64,000 bases of DNA from an uncultured delta proteobacterium (lineage in GTDB: Bacteria; Desulfobacterota; Binatia; JACPRU01), in assembly GCA_963745025.1 (NCBI GenBank), contig CAVUWD010000016.1, forward strand, positions 832,001 to 896,000, in the 5' to 3' direction. The translations under genes were made by a program, and so were the position numbers. Positions 28,768 through 39,113 of this stretch are shown here, piece after piece. Each line of letters starts with the position of its first letter. Position 1 is the stretch's first letter. The notes beneath the pieces were generated by a model that saw only the letters and a program-made list of their open reading frames with translations, had not been told where the DNA came from and ran no database searches.

Positions 28768-28861
28768 GGGTTCAAGTCCCCCTCCTCGCACTTCCAAGTC
28801 CTCGGTTTTACTCGACCGATCAGAGGCACCGGGGACAGATCCGCCGGACCGGGGACAGATC
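28768..28861 (+). other. tRNA-Leu 3'-end remnant (att core) with arm-type direct repeats
   Basis: GGGTTCAAGTCCCCCTCCTCGCAC (T-loop + acceptor 3' strand) at 28768-28791; ACCGGGGACAGATC x2 at 28828 and 28848. Confidence 0.7.
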
Positions 28862-28944
28862 TCGTCTTTATCGGTCCCAACGAACAACCTCGGCCGCCTC
28901 CCCGGCAAAGCCGGGGGGACTCTCCGGATGGACTCGCGGGCGTA

Positions 28945-29116
28945 CGGGGTGAAACCGGAGAACAGCTACCGGGTCACACTCGAGCGGGGACGGCTCAGGT
29001 GGACGGCCAGCGACGGCGGGACGGTTCGGGTGTACACGAAGGAGCCCGAGACCAGCTGGTGGATGCGCTTGAAAGCCGATGCGCTGGGCATCCTGCCGAT
29101 CCATTCGATCCTGTGA
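28945..29116 (+). pseudogene. Phospholipase D/cardiolipin synthase ClsC-like C-terminal fragment
   Basis: PENSYRVTL..LRW..EPETSWWMRLKADALGILPIHSIL. Confidence 0.65.
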
Positions 29117-29258
29117 GGTCCGATAGGCAGGATAACCCTGGGAAGTGACGGAGCATCCCCCCTTCTCGGACGCGGCCGCCCTTCCCCTGGTCGCCCCGGC
29201 TGACGCGGCTCCCTTCTTGGGACGCCGGCGATGGCTCGTCCCAACAAGAGCGAACGAT

Positions 29259-29729
29259 TCAATCGCCGGAATCGCGACGTCGAGTTCGCCCCGCGACGAT
29301 CGCGTCGGCCTGCGATCGAATGATGTTCTGCAGGATGGCCGTCAGGGCCGCCGCGGTCATCGACATCATCAGTACGCCGTTGGCCGCTTCGAGCGGACCG
29401 AGCAGCTTCCACTCCTGCTTCATCACGACGTCGCCGTAGCCGAGCGACGTGAAGTTCACCGCCGAGTGGTAGATCGCCGGATAGAGCTCCTCGAACTCGC
29501 CCAGCCAGACGAACAGGCACCCCCACAGCGCGATCTGAAGCACGTTGGCGATCATCATCGCCAGCATGGAAACGGCCAGCGGCCGGATCGCTTTCAGCCA
29601 GCCGGTGCGGCTCGGGTCGTGGTCGGTCTGCCGGGCGCAATACCGGACGCACCAGAAGACGACCGCGACCTGCACGATGAGGCAGAGCAGCATGGCAGGC
29701 ACACCGACGACGAGGTTCCTGAGCGTCAT
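29259..29729 (-). CDS. Potassium/ion channel family protein (Ion_trans_2)
   Basis: YHSAVNFTSLGYGDV selectivity-filter motif and LGPLEAANG. Confidence 0.88.
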   Translation of the reverse strand: MTLRNLVVGVPAMLLCLIVQVAVVFWCVRYCARQTDHDPSRTGWLKAIRPLAVSMLAMMIANVLQIALWGCLFVWLGEFEELYPAIYHSAVNFTSLGYGDVVMKQEWKLLGPLEAANGVLMMSMTAAALTAILQNIIRSQADAIVAGRTRRRDSGD

Positions 29730-30772
29730 GTCGTTTCCTCCTGTTGCCGGTGCAGCACGGGAGCTCCGGGTGGATGGCCGGGACGGAAGCGCTCGAGCAG
29801 CCGGATCGTGCTCCACGCGTAGAGCGCGACGCCCACGAAGAGGCAGACGCGCATGACGGAGCCCTCGACGACGCTCTTGCCGCTGGCGCTGTCTTCGATC
29901 GCCGGGCCGAGCAGCAGGAAGGTGGTGATCAGCGCGTTGCTCCAGAACGGCGGCCGCCACTTCGTGCGCCGGACACCGAACATCGCCGAACCGATCCACA
30001 GGGCCGCCGCCATCAGCCACAGCATCAGCATCCAGAGGCTGGGCCAGATGGACAGTCCCGTCCACACGGCCGCCGCAACCGCGGCGCCCATCAGCGTTGC
30101 ACCGACGAGCTCGCGGCCGGCCGAACGCGCGTCGGTCTCGCCGGCCTGCTGCGCGAGCGCAACGGTCTTCATCACCGCGGCGAGATAGAACGACGGATCG
30201 GTCAGCGCGAGGACGAAGACGGGCATGACGATCAGCGTGGCACGCAGTGCGATCCAGGCGGCTTCGTCCGGCGAGGGGCGCGCCGCGCCGCCAGCCGCTG
30301 CAGCCGGCGCCGGCGGATCGGGGAACAGCGAGTGGGAAACGGCGCTCACCAGCACGCCGACACCGACGCCAACCGCGAGCGTCACGCTGAGCTGTCCGAC
30401 CAGCGCCTGCTCCGCGACGCCGGCCACCGGGATCAGCGCGAACGACAGCACGAGGATCGCGGTCAGCGGATTGCCGCTGGTCAAGCCGACGAAGAAGATC
30501 GAGTGGAGCACGACTGCCGTCATCAACACGGCGGCAAACGCATAGTGCTCGAGCAGTGGGACCATCACGATCCCCATCGCCACCAGCACCGCGAACAGCA
30601 GCGCGACGACGAGGCCTTTGACGAGCGGCAGCGGTGGACCCGGTCTGCTCAGCACGAGCACCGACATCACGCAGACGACGTACGGAACGGGCAGCGCCAT
30701 CCCGTACGCGACGAGAACGGCAAGGCCGAGCCCGATCGCCAGTCGCAGAGCCGCCTTGTCGCCCCGATTCAC
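29726..30772 (-). CDS. DUF2955/FUSC-like inner-membrane protein
   Basis: Multi-TM protein with DKAALRLAIGLG and ALRATLIVMP; follows HlyD in the cluster. Confidence 0.75.
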   Translation of the reverse strand: MNRGDKAALRLAIGLGLAVLVAYGMALPVPYVVCVMSVLVLSRPGPPLPLVKGLVVALLFAVLVAMGIVMVPLLEHYAFAAVLMTAVVLHSIFFVGLTSGNPLTAILVLSFALIPVAGVAEQALVGQLSVTLAVGVGVGVLVSAVSHSLFPDPPAPAAAAGGAARPSPDEAAWIALRATLIVMPVFVLALTDPSFYLAAVMKTVALAQQAGETDARSAGRELVGATLMGAAVAAAVWTGLSIWPSLWMLMLWLMAAALWIGSAMFGVRRTKWRPPFWSNALITTFLLLGPAIEDSASGKSVVEGSVMRVCLFVGVALYAWSTIRLLERFRPGHPPGAPVLHRQQEETT

Positions 30773-30781
30773 GGCTCGCTC

Positions 30782-31930
30782 TCAGTAGAGGTAGGTCAGC
30801 CAGCTCGCGACGCGGATGTAGATCGCGCCGAGCAGGTTCATCACCGGGTTCCCGGTCGCGTAGACGAGGACCTCGGCCTGGCCGCCGACGCGCGCGATCT
30901 TCAGGCGCGGGATCTCGTCCGGGTCGAATTCGATCGAGACCGGAATGCGCTGGGCCTGCCGCAGCCAGTCGCGGTCGTTCTGCACCGTCGGCAGCGAGCC
31001 CGACGACGACGGCTGGCCGCTGTCCACGCCGCGGCCCACGCTGCGGACGCGGCCGCTCAGCACCTCGCCGGGAAGCACGTCGAGGACGATCGCGGCTTCG
31101 TCGCCGACGTCGATGTGGCCGAGGTTGTTCTCGGTCATGTCGGCGGTGATCCACAGGTCGTGGGTGGCGATCAGCGTCATCACCGGCGCGCCGGCCTGGA
31201 CGAAATGTCCGACGTCGGTGCGCAGGTCGGTGACCATGCCGCGCGCCGGGGCGAGCACACGGGTGTTCTTGCCGGGGCGAGCACGCGGGTGTTGGCGAGG
31301 TCGAGCTCGGCCTTTTCGAGCGCGGCGCGAGCGGCCTTGATCTGTGCGTTGTCGTCACCGGCTTCGCCGGCAGCTTCCAGCGCCGCTCGCAGCTCGGCCT
31401 CGCTTCCGCGAACCTTGCTGCGCGCCTCCTCGCGCGTCGCCTGCGCGATCTCGAGGCGGCGCACCGAGATCGCGCCGGGATCCTCCCTGTACAGCCGCTC
31501 CTGACGCTCGGCGTCGCGCTCGGCCATGTCGCGATTGGCTTCGGCCGCCTCGAGCGCCGCGCGCGCTCCTTCGACACCGGCGCGGGCTGCATCGACGGAG
31601 TGGCGCGCGGTGGCGTAGCTCGCGCGGGCGCTCTGAAGAGCGATCTCGTACGGCCGGGGATCGATGTCGAACAGCGGCTGACCGGTCTGCACTTCGTCGT
31701 TGTCGCGGATGTGGACCTTGACGACGTTGCCCGCCACTTCGGCGGCGACCGGCACCACGAATGCCTGGATGCGCGCCTGAGACGTGCACGGCGTCAGCCG
31801 GTCGCCGACGATGTACAGGACGAGGCTCGTCACGATGAGCACGGCGAGAACGATGGCGCCCTTGCGGGTGCCGCTGCCGGCTTCGGAATCGACCGGCTGA
31901 GAAGGCGTCGAATCAGCTGTCGTCGTTCAT
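30782..31930 (-). CDS. HlyD-family membrane fusion protein (frameshifted by a 26-bp duplication)
   Basis: DRLTP.TSQARIQAFVVPVAAEVAG, LFDIDPRPY, VLAPARG, ADMTENNLG and DWLRQAQR. Confidence 0.85.
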
Positions 31931-33494
31931 GGTGTGTCCGTCGGCGGTTGCGGTTGGGGATCGTCGGTAGCTGGCGGGAGCGGAGCGTCGAGCAGCCGCT
32001 TCCAGTTGCTGCGCTCGCCCATCGTCGCGCTGGTCGCGTCGTCGACGATGGGCCGTGTCGCGGCCCGCTTGCCAGCCACCGCCCATCGCCTTGTAGAGGC
32101 TGATCAGGCTCTGCGCGATGCCGCCCTTCGTCGCCACGAGGCGCTCCTGCTGGCTGAAGAGCGCGCGCTGCGAATCGAGAACTCTCTCGAAGTCGACCAG
32201 GCCCTCGCGGTACTGCACGTCGGCGATGTCGAGGGAGCGTCTCGCTGCCTGCACCGACTCGTCGAGGATCGCCACCTGCGTACGGAGCTGCGCGAAGCCG
32301 ATGGCGGCGTCTTCGATTTCCCTGGCCGCGCGCAGCACCGTGTCCTGGTACTGCTCGTAGAGCTGCTGGAAGCGGGCATCCTCGACGAGCACCTGATTCG
32401 TCAGGCGGCCGTGATCGAAGATGTTCCAGACGAGGGCGGGGCCGAGTGCCCCGTCGAGCGTGTACGGCGAACCCATGACCGACGAGGCCGACAGGACGAC
32501 CGTAGCCCGTGAGCGCGATCGCAGGATAGAGCTCCGACTCGCTCACTCCGATCAGCGCCGACTGCGCGGCCATCTGCAGCTCGGCCGCGCGCACGTCGGG
32601 CCGGCGGCGCAGCAGGTCGGCGGGAAGCTCCGCGATGATCCCGAGGTCCGCCTCGGGAATCCGCTCCCGTCCGGCCTCCATCTCGGGCAGCGGCCCCGGC
32701 GGTCGCGCCAGCAGAATCGCGAGCGCGTTCTGCGCCTGGCGCAGGCTGCCCTCGATCTCGGGAATCGTCGCGAGCGTGCTCAGGTAGAGCGTGCGCGCCT
32801 GCTGCACGTCGAGCTCGGACTCGTTGCCGCTGCGGAACAGGCGCTCGGTGATCTCGAGGCTGCGCTTCTGCAGCGCGGCGTTCTCGTGCGCGATGCGCAG
32901 CCGCTGCTCGAGGGTGCGAATCGTGGCGTATGAGATCGCGGCTTGCGCCGCGACCAGGACCTGCAGATCGTCGTACTGCGCGATGCTCGCGAAATAGCCG
33001 GCGTCCGCCGCCTCGATGCCGCGGCGGAACTTGCCCCAGAGGTCCAGCTCCCAGCCGACGTCGAGCCCGACGGCGCCGGTCCAGAAGTCGCGATCGGGAC
33101 CGTCGCTCCGCTTCTTTGCGACGTACAGGCCCGCGGCGTTGAGCTGCTGCAGTTGCGGGTACAGCCCGCTGCCGGCGATGCCGAGCTGCGCGCGCGCCTC
33201 GAGGATGCGCATGCCCGCGGTGCGCACTCCGGGGTTGAGGCGCTGGGCTTCCTCCACCAGCTTCTCGAGAACCGGGTCGTCGAAGTTGCGCCACCACTCG
33301 TCGAGCTGCACCGGAGGCCGCCCGACTTCCTGCGACTCCGCCTCCGCCGACTGCAGCGCGTCGGCGGACCAGCCGTCGAGCCACGGCACCTCCGGGGGCT
33401 CGAAGTCGGGCCCGACCATGCACGAGGCGAGAAGAACGGGAGCGAGCAGGACGAGCGCGCGCGTCGGCGAAGACGTCGGCTGGACGGCCGGCAT
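31927..33494 (-). CDS. Efflux outer-membrane factor lipoprotein (NodT/TolC family), frameshifted
   Basis: Lipobox LASC-MVGPDF, WWRNFDDPVL, WELDLWGKFRR, DLLRRRPDVRAAE and LYKAMGGGW. Confidence 0.88.
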
Positions 33495-33498
33495 CGAT

Positions 33499-34629
33499 TC
33501 AGTCGGCCTGGGAAGCTCCGCCTTCCGGATGTGTTCGAGGCGCATCGGGATTCGTCGCGACCCATCCCATGAAGATCTGGTAGCCGAGCGCGAGAAGCGT
33601 GGCGCCGACGAACATGCCGAGGATGCCTGCCGCGGCCATGCCGCCGAGAGCGCCGAGAAGGATGACCGGCATCGGCGCATCCACGCCGCGGCCGAGCATC
33701 AACGGCTTCAGCACGTTGTCGGCCATGCCGGAGACGACGAGGAGGACCGTGTAGAGGATGGCAGCGCCGGTGCCGTAGTTGCCGCTCGACCAGAGGTAGC
33801 CGATGGCCGGCAGCGTGACGATCAGCGCCGGCACCTGCGCGATGCCGAGCACGAGGACGATGACTGCCAGCACGCCTGCCCACGGTATGCCGGCGATGAG
33901 CAGGCAGATGCCGACGATGATGGCCTGCAGGAACGCGACGCCGAGCACGCCCTTGGCGACCGCGCGGATGGTCGCCGTGGACAGGTCGACGAACTCCCCT
34001 CCGCGGTTCCCGTCGGCGACTCTCTCGAAGATCGAGCGGATCGCGCGCGCGCCGCCCTCGCCGAAGGCCATCATGATGCCGGCGACGGCGAGAGACGCGA
34101 GGAACTGCAACAGCCCGCCACCGATGCCGGCGACGAAACCGAGCGCCGCCTTGGCCAGGTTGCCGATCTTCGGCTGCATGCTCTGCACCAGTGCGGGCAG
34201 ATCGGTGTGCGCCTTCGTCCAGAACGCGTGCACCTTCTCGCCGACCAGCGGCCACTCGGCGACGCCTTCTCTTGGCGGTGGCACCTGGAGCGTGTTGTTC
34301 TGCACGTCGTTGATCAGTCGGTGCACCGAGTCGCCGAGCGAGTTCATCAGCGCCGCGGTCGGCACGACGACCACTACGACTCCGAGCAGAACGAGCAGCG
34401 TCGCGGCCAGTCCCTGACGGCCGCCGATCTTCGCGGCCACCGACTGGTGCAGGGGATAGAGAGTGACTGCCAGAATCAGAGCCCAGGTCATCAGGCTCAG
34501 GAACGGAGAGAACACCTGAAAGCAGAGCATGGCCAGGGCCAGGACGAGGCCGGCGCGAATGAGGACATCGAGAAGGAGGTCGGCGAGTCGTCTTTCGAAC
34601 TCGGGATCGGGATCGTGCAGTGTGCTCAT
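33499..34629 (-). CDS. AI-2E family transporter
   Basis: PFL..WALILAVTLYPL, DNVLKPLMLGRGVDAPMPVILLGALGG and GMFVGA. Confidence 0.9.
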   Translation of the reverse strand: MSTLHDPDPEFERRLADLLLDVLIRAGLVLALAMLCFQVFSPFLSLMTWALILAVTLYPLHQSVAAKIGGRQGLAATLLVLLGVVVVVVPTAALMNSLGDSVHRLINDVQNNTLQVPPPREGVAEWPLVGEKVHAFWTKAHTDLPALVQSMQPKIGNLAKAALGFVAGIGGGLLQFLASLAVAGIMMAFGEGGARAIRSIFERVADGNRGGEFVDLSTATIRAVAKGVLGVAFLQAIIVGICLLIAGIPWAGVLAVIVLVLGIAQVPALIVTLPAIGYLWSSGNYGTGAAILYTVLLVVSGMADNVLKPLMLGRGVDAPMPVILLGALGGMAAAGILGMFVGATLLALGYQIFMGWVATNPDAPRTHPEGGASQAD

Positions 34630-34984
34630 AAGGTGTCCCCGTCATGGATGGCCAGATCGACCATCGGCTGGCCCCGCGCGGGATCCGAGTTGCGCTAGCG
34701 GAGGATCCTCAATCCGCACGGGTTGTCAAGGTGTCGAGACCACGAAACTGAACGTGCAGCTATGGGGCTTCAGGGCGATCAGGCGGCGCGGCTCGAGACC
34801 CAGCGCCGCGCGAGCCGGGGATATCGGGGCAAGGGCAGGGGTGAGCGGCTGATATAGAGGCGTTCGGTGAACTTTCCAGGCTTGTCGCGCCTACGGCCCG
34901 TGCTGCCTACGGGCGGAGCTCTGCATAGCCGGGGTAGGTCCAGATCCCGCGGTGGTGCGAAGAATCCTCACTCACCTTGGCACT

Positions 34985-35227
34985 TCAATTACAGCCTTGG
35001 TTATTTTCCGTCCTGACACAGGTTTTACCACCGGGGCTCTTATAGACGCCCTTCCCGTTTTTTGTCTTGGCTTCTCCTCCCCTACTCGACTTCCTCGTCG
35101 TGACCCCAGCATCGTTCCTCTCTGACGACACGTCGACATCAGTTCTGTCACCACGCGTCCTAACGCGCTCAGCGAACACGTTCGAAGAAAACATCATCAC
35201 CATCAGTATTATCACCGTAATTCGCAT
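34985..35227 (-). CDS. Small secreted hypothetical protein, copy 1
   Basis: RBS AAGGAGG; signal peptide ending SNVFA; two Cys; conserved in the duplicate. Confidence 0.7.
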   Translation of the reverse strand: MRITVIILMVMMFSSNVFAERVRTRGDRTDVDVSSERNDAGVTTRKSSRGGEAKTKNGKGVYKSPGGKTCVRTENNQGCN

Positions 35228-35432
35228 GACTACCTCCTTCTGTTGGGCGACGCACCGTGCTCAACCCCTTCTCAAATCGTCGGATCGCGGGACCGCGTCG
35301 ACGCAAACCCCGCTATTATGCCCGCACACCCGCACCGCGCAAGGCTTCCGCGTACCCATGCGAAAACCCGTATGGGGCGCGGCTTTCCGCGCATATCTTC
35401 GCAAACCCGTATGGGGCGCGGATTTTCGGTGC

Positions 35433-35553
35433 GGAGCAGACCGGCGTCGCGGCAACGACGTTGCTCAAGCGCTACGGCAAGTTCATTCACACGCTCGACG
35501 CGGACCGCGCCGAGCTTTCGAAGATCGACGGTGAAGGCGGTACAGATTGCCCA
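35433..35553 (+). pseudogene. Tyrosine integrase extreme C-terminal remnant
   Basis: EQTGVAATTLLKRYGKFIHTLDADRAELSKID parallels EQTGVAESTLKKHYGRYIH..LELAKID at ~11940-12040. Confidence 0.7.
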
Positions 35554-35638
35554 CGGTCTGCCCACGACGACGAGGGGGAAAACTCAACCGCTGAAGTGCG
35601 TGCCGCCGCCCGCTGCCCTCGACTCGATCACCCGCTTG

Positions 35639-35690
35639 TGCGCCCCGTCGAAACGGGCGTAGAGCGAGCGTGTCTGCGTCCGATATCAAC
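35639..35690 (-). repeat. Dispersed repeat, divergent copy F
   Basis: TGCGCCCCGTCGAAACGGGCGT..GCGTCCGATAT matches the hairpin end and the GCGTCGGATAT block of copies A-D. Confidence 0.55.
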
Positions 35691-35729
35691 TGCGCTAGGT
35701 AGCTTTCAGGTCCTTGTGGCCGCTATCCG

Positions 35730-36083
35730 CCGACTGTTCTCGTCGCGTAGCGTCTGCACTTCCGGCGCCGTCGCCTCCCGCGTCGTGTCGCCAAGCAGCC
35801 GCTTCTTTCCCGCCTCCAGAAACTCCTTGCTCCAGCGGTAGTACAGGTTCGGCGCCAGCCCCTCGCGCCGACAGAGCTCCGCGATGCTCTCCTCGCCGCG
35901 CAATCCTTCGAGGATGATCCGGATCTTCTCTTCCGCCGAAAACGTCGGCGCGTGCGGCGGTGAATCTCCCGCACGACCTTCTCACTGCTTGCTCCCTTGC
36001 CCATCGTTCCCTCCTCGCGTTGCGGCCGGGAGTGTCTCTTAGTTTACGAACGGCCGTGGTCCAAATTCATCTGAACCCGAACA
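35730..36083 (-). mobile_element. IS3-family remnant (left IR + frameshifted, truncated orfA)
   Basis: End TGTTCGGGTTCAGATGAATTTGGACC; EEKIRIILEGLRGEESIAELCRREG..YYRWSKEFLEAGKKRL. Confidence 0.85.
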
Positions 36084-36181
36084 GGCTTGACCGCTCCTGT
36101 AAGATGACGGCCGTTGGAAGTTAAGGGCGCGGCCCTACTCCTTGGCGAGAAACCGATCCGGTCCCGAATTGGGGGAGGCAC

Positions 36182-37768
36182 ATGGACTTCATCAATACCT
36201 CACTCGAACAGCAGCCGCTCATGGCACTCTTCCTGACGATCGCGATCGGATACCTGTTGGGAGAAGTCAGTGTCGGGGGACTATCGCTGGGGGTGGGAAT
36301 GGTCCTATTCGTCGCGCTGGGCATGGGTTGTTTGGCGCCGAAGGCGGCACCCCCAGCGATGCTGGGGAACTTCGGTCTCGCACTCTTTCTCTATGCGGTC
36401 GGCATTCAGTACGGGAAGCAGTTCTTCATCGGAGTTACGAGCGCCTCGGGACTCAAGGACAATCTGGTGGCCCTTACCGGAGTGATGATCTCCGGGGCTG
36501 TCGCGCTCCTTTTCGTCAAGTTCCTGAACCTCAAGACTGCCTATGCCCTCGGCCTCTTCACGGGCTCGGGAACGTCCACCCCGGCGCTCCAGGCCGCAAT
36601 CGCGGCGCTCGGGAATGACGACCCCGCGGTGGGATATTCGGTCGCCTATCCGTTCGGTGTGGCCGGCCCTATCCTGTTCCTTTTTCTAGCCTTCACGCTG
36701 CTGAAGCCTAAGATCGACGTGCCCGCGGGCGCCGGGATGGAGCTGCTCGAGTTCGCCCTCAAACGGCCCGAGTATTTCGGCAAGCGTCTGAGCGAGGTGA
36801 CGGCCGTGCTCCCCCCCGAAGTGCGGATCGTGGCCCTCCGCCGCGAGCAGCAGAATCAACCCGCGTCTCCAGAGCTTGTCCTCCGCGAAGGCGACGTGTT
36901 GCTTGGCGTGGCACCCTCCCGGGCGATGCTCGATCGGCTGGAGAAGACCCTCGGCGAAGCGGTGCCCGGCAGTATGACTGTGGATCGCCGGCACCTCGAC
37001 TATCTGCGCGTCTTCGCCTCGCGGGCTACCGTAGTGGGCCGGACGCTCGGCGAGCTCGTGTTGCCGGCCGACAAGGCGTCAATCGTGGTGCAGGTCCGCC
37101 GCGGCGATACCGATCTCCTCCCGGAGACGGAGCTCGTATTGGAGTACGGCGATCGCGTCGGGCTTCTGGCTCACCGCGCCGACTTCCCGGCCCTGCGCGC
37201 GTACTTCGGGGATTCCATCAAAGCGGCGGCGGAGTTCAGCTACATCTCCATCGGACTGGGGATGGCTTTGGGTTTCATCGTCGGTGCGATCAAGATCCCG
37301 CTGCCAGGGATCGGCCGGGTCAGCATGGGATTGTCGGGAGTGCTGATCGTCGCGTTGATCCTGGGATCCCGCCGCCGCAGCGCCGGCCTGAGCTGGGTCA
37401 TTCCTCTTCCCGCCTCGATCGTACTGCGCAATCTCGGGTTGACGGTGTTTCTCGCGCAGGTCGGGATGGCGTCCGGCCCCAAATTCGCGGCGACAGTCTT
37501 GGATACCGGTCTCCTGATGCTTAGCCTGGGGGCGATAGTCTTGGCGGCGATGGTCCTACCAATCTTGCTGCTCGGCCTGTTCGTCTTCCGGATGCCCTTC
37601 GACCGCGTGATGGGGATCATCGCGGGCACCTGCGGCAACCCCGCAATCCTGGCCTATATCAACCGGTTGGTGCCGAACGAAAAGCCGGACCTCGGGTACG
37701 CCACGATCTTCCCCGGCATGACCATCGTCAAAATCCTGTTCGTCTCGATCGTCCCGGCCTTGATGTGA
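36182..37768 (+). CDS. AspT/YidE/YbjL-family aspartate:alanine antiporter with TrkA-C domains
   Basis: [42 protein letters not shown] and GNPAILAY. Confidence 0.9.
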   Translation: MDFINTSLEQQPLMALFLTIAIGYLLGEVSVGGLSLGVGMVLFVALGMGCLAPKAAPPAMLGNFGLALFLYAVGIQYGKQFFIGVTSASGLKDNLVALTGVMISGAVALLFVKFLNLKTAYALGLFTGSGTSTPALQAAIAALGNDDPAVGYSVAYPFGVAGPILFLFLAFTLLKPKIDVPAGAGMELLEFALKRPEYFGKRLSEVTAVLPPEVRIVALRREQQNQPASPELVLREGDVLLGVAPSRAMLDRLEKTLGEAVPGSMTVDRRHLDYLRVFASRATVVGRTLGELVLPADKASIVVQVRRGDTDLLPETELVLEYGDRVGLLAHRADFPALRAYFGDSIKAAAEFSYISIGLGMALGFIVGAIKIPLPGIGRVSMGLSGVLIVALILGSRRRSAGLSWVIPLPASIVLRNLGLTVFLAQVGMASGPKFAATVLDTGLLMLSLGAIVLAAMVLPILLLGLFVFRMPFDRVMGIIAGTCGNPAILAYINRLVPNEKPDLGYATIFPGMTIVKILFVSIVPALM

Positions 37769-37785
37769 CGGGCCCGTCTCAGTAC

Positions 37786-38046
37786 GTCGCCTACGAGTCA
37801 GTGTGGGCAATCGGCACGGGGCGCGCGGCGACGCCGGCGCAAGCCGAAGAGGTGCATGCGAAATTGCGAGAGGTCGTCGCGGAAGTCACGGACGGAAATG
37901 AAGCGCAACGATTGCGAATTCTCTACGGAGGTAGCGTCAAACCGGAAAACATCGATGCGCTGACGGCGCAGCCCGACATCGATGGCGCGCTGGTCGGGGG
38001 CGCGAGTCTCGATGTCGAGAGCTTCGCGCGCATCGTCGAATTCTAG
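37786..38046 (+). pseudogene. tpiA: Triosephosphate isomerase C-terminal fragment
   Basis: [11 protein letters not shown] (canonical AYEPVWAIGTG), ILYGGSVKP and [12 protein letters not shown]. Confidence 0.92.
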
Positions 38047-38054
38047 AGGATACC

Positions 38055-38170
38055 GTGGTCATTGTCGTCGTCACCGTACTTCACCTGGTCGCCTGCGTGT
38101 TCTTGATCCTCGTCGTTCTCTTGCAAACCGGCAAAGGCGCCGAGATGGTCGCAGTCGGCGGCGGCGGGTA
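38055..38170 (+). pseudogene. secG: Preprotein translocase SecG N-terminal fragment
   Basis: VLHLVACVFLILVVLLQTGKGAEM..GGG directly after tpiA, which is the usual gene order. Confidence 0.85.
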
Positions 38171-38257
38171 GCAAGCGACGAATTCGTCGAGATCGGCGCG
38201 AGTGAGTCGGTTCTCCTTCAGCGTGAAGTGGTGGTTCGTGCGGAAGTCGTAGAACCA
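38168..38257 (-). pseudogene. Type I restriction-modification methyltransferase (HsdM) internal fragment
   Basis: WFYDFRTNHHFTLKENRLTRADLDEFVACY. Confidence 0.7.
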
Positions 38258-38392
38258 CGGCGGTCAGGAAGCGGACCTTGTCGTCGACGAGCACGTAGTG
38301 CTCGGCCGGATGGCGCCGCTCGACGTCGCCGAGCTCCTGCTCGTTGTGGATGTAGATGAGGACTCGTCATCTCATCCTTCGCCGCCGTAGGA

Positions 38393-38427
38393 AACGGCCG
38401 CGTCCCCCAGGCGGGGGCGCGGCCGTT
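38393..38427 (-). terminator. Possible intrinsic terminator downstream of the OmpA-family gene
   Basis: Inverted repeat AACGGCCGCGTCCCC..GGGGCGCGGCCGTT followed by TCC on the minus strand (short U-tract). Confidence 0.5.
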
Positions 38428-38454
38428 CTCAAGCTGAACCGGGGCTTTCTCGGC

Positions 38455-38958
38455 CTACTGGGCCGGTACTAGCTCGACGCGGCGGTTCTGGGCTCGGCCC
38501 TCTGCCGTGTCGTTGGTCGCGACGAAGTCCGTCTTGCCGAACCCCTTCGGTACCAGGCGGTCTTCCGGAATTCCGGCCTTCACCAGGTACTTCACGACCG
38601 ATTCCGCTCGACGCTCCGACAGCTTCTGGTTGTACTTCACGCTGCCGACTGCGTCGCAGTAGCCGTTGACGTTCACGGTCACGCCCGGATTGGCCTTGAG
38701 CGCCGAAGCAGCCTCATCCAGTACGGCAGCATCACCCGGACGGATGTTCGACTTGTTGAAGTCGAAGTGCACTCCGCGTAGAACCAGCTTCTCCTTGGCC
38801 GGCGGTGGAGCCGGCGGAGGTGGAGCCGGAGCCGCAACCTTGGGTGGCGGTGGTGGAGGCGTTGGCGGATGAGCGCAGCAACTAGCGAGCATGCTACCCA
38901 TCAAGGCGGCTACCACGATTCCAGCGACGGACTCTACGAATTTTGGCTTTACTTCCAC
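38455..38958 (-). CDS. OmpA-family peptidoglycan-binding lipoprotein with Pro-rich linker
   Basis: Lipobox LASC, poly-Pro linker, VHFDFNKS, YNQKLSERRA and GRAQNRRVE. Confidence 0.92.
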   Translation of the reverse strand: MEVKPKFVESVAGIVVAALMGSMLASCCAHPPTPPPPPPKVAAPAPPPPAPPPAKEKLVLRGVHFDFNKSNIRPGDAAVLDEAASALKANPGVTVNVNGYCDAVGSVKYNQKLSERRAESVVKYLVKAGIPEDRLVPKGFGKTDFVATNDTAEGRAQNRRVELVPAQ

Positions 38959-39113
38959 CTTATTCCTCCTCGTCTAGACCCCTGTCTTGCGGCCGAAACT
39001 ACTCCTTTGATATCGTCAATCGACCCGAAGGCAATCCACTCAACAAACCTCCACGGACAGATCCCGCGCTCCCCGCGCTCGACATCCCGCGTTTCTCTCG
39101 AGTGCGCAGATGG

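Larger units (their letters stand above)
34981..35723. repeat. Direct duplication, copy 1 (small secreted gene + upstream region + integrase tail); copy 2 at 40817-41393
   Basis: Near-identical DNA. Copy 1 has an extra AAACCCGTATGGGGCGCGG tandem unit and a ~145-bp insert containing repeat copy F. Confidence 0.9.

Noticed and set aside
29259-31592. 777-aa ORF as a single giant ion-channel fusion
   Set aside because: Only the last 156 codons (from 29729, with an AGGAGG RBS) are the channel; the rest is an Arg-rich alternative frame over DUF2955 and HlyD.
28137-38257. Intact defence system (UvrD helicase, HsdM)
   Set aside because: Both are fragments under 200 bp with no partner genes.
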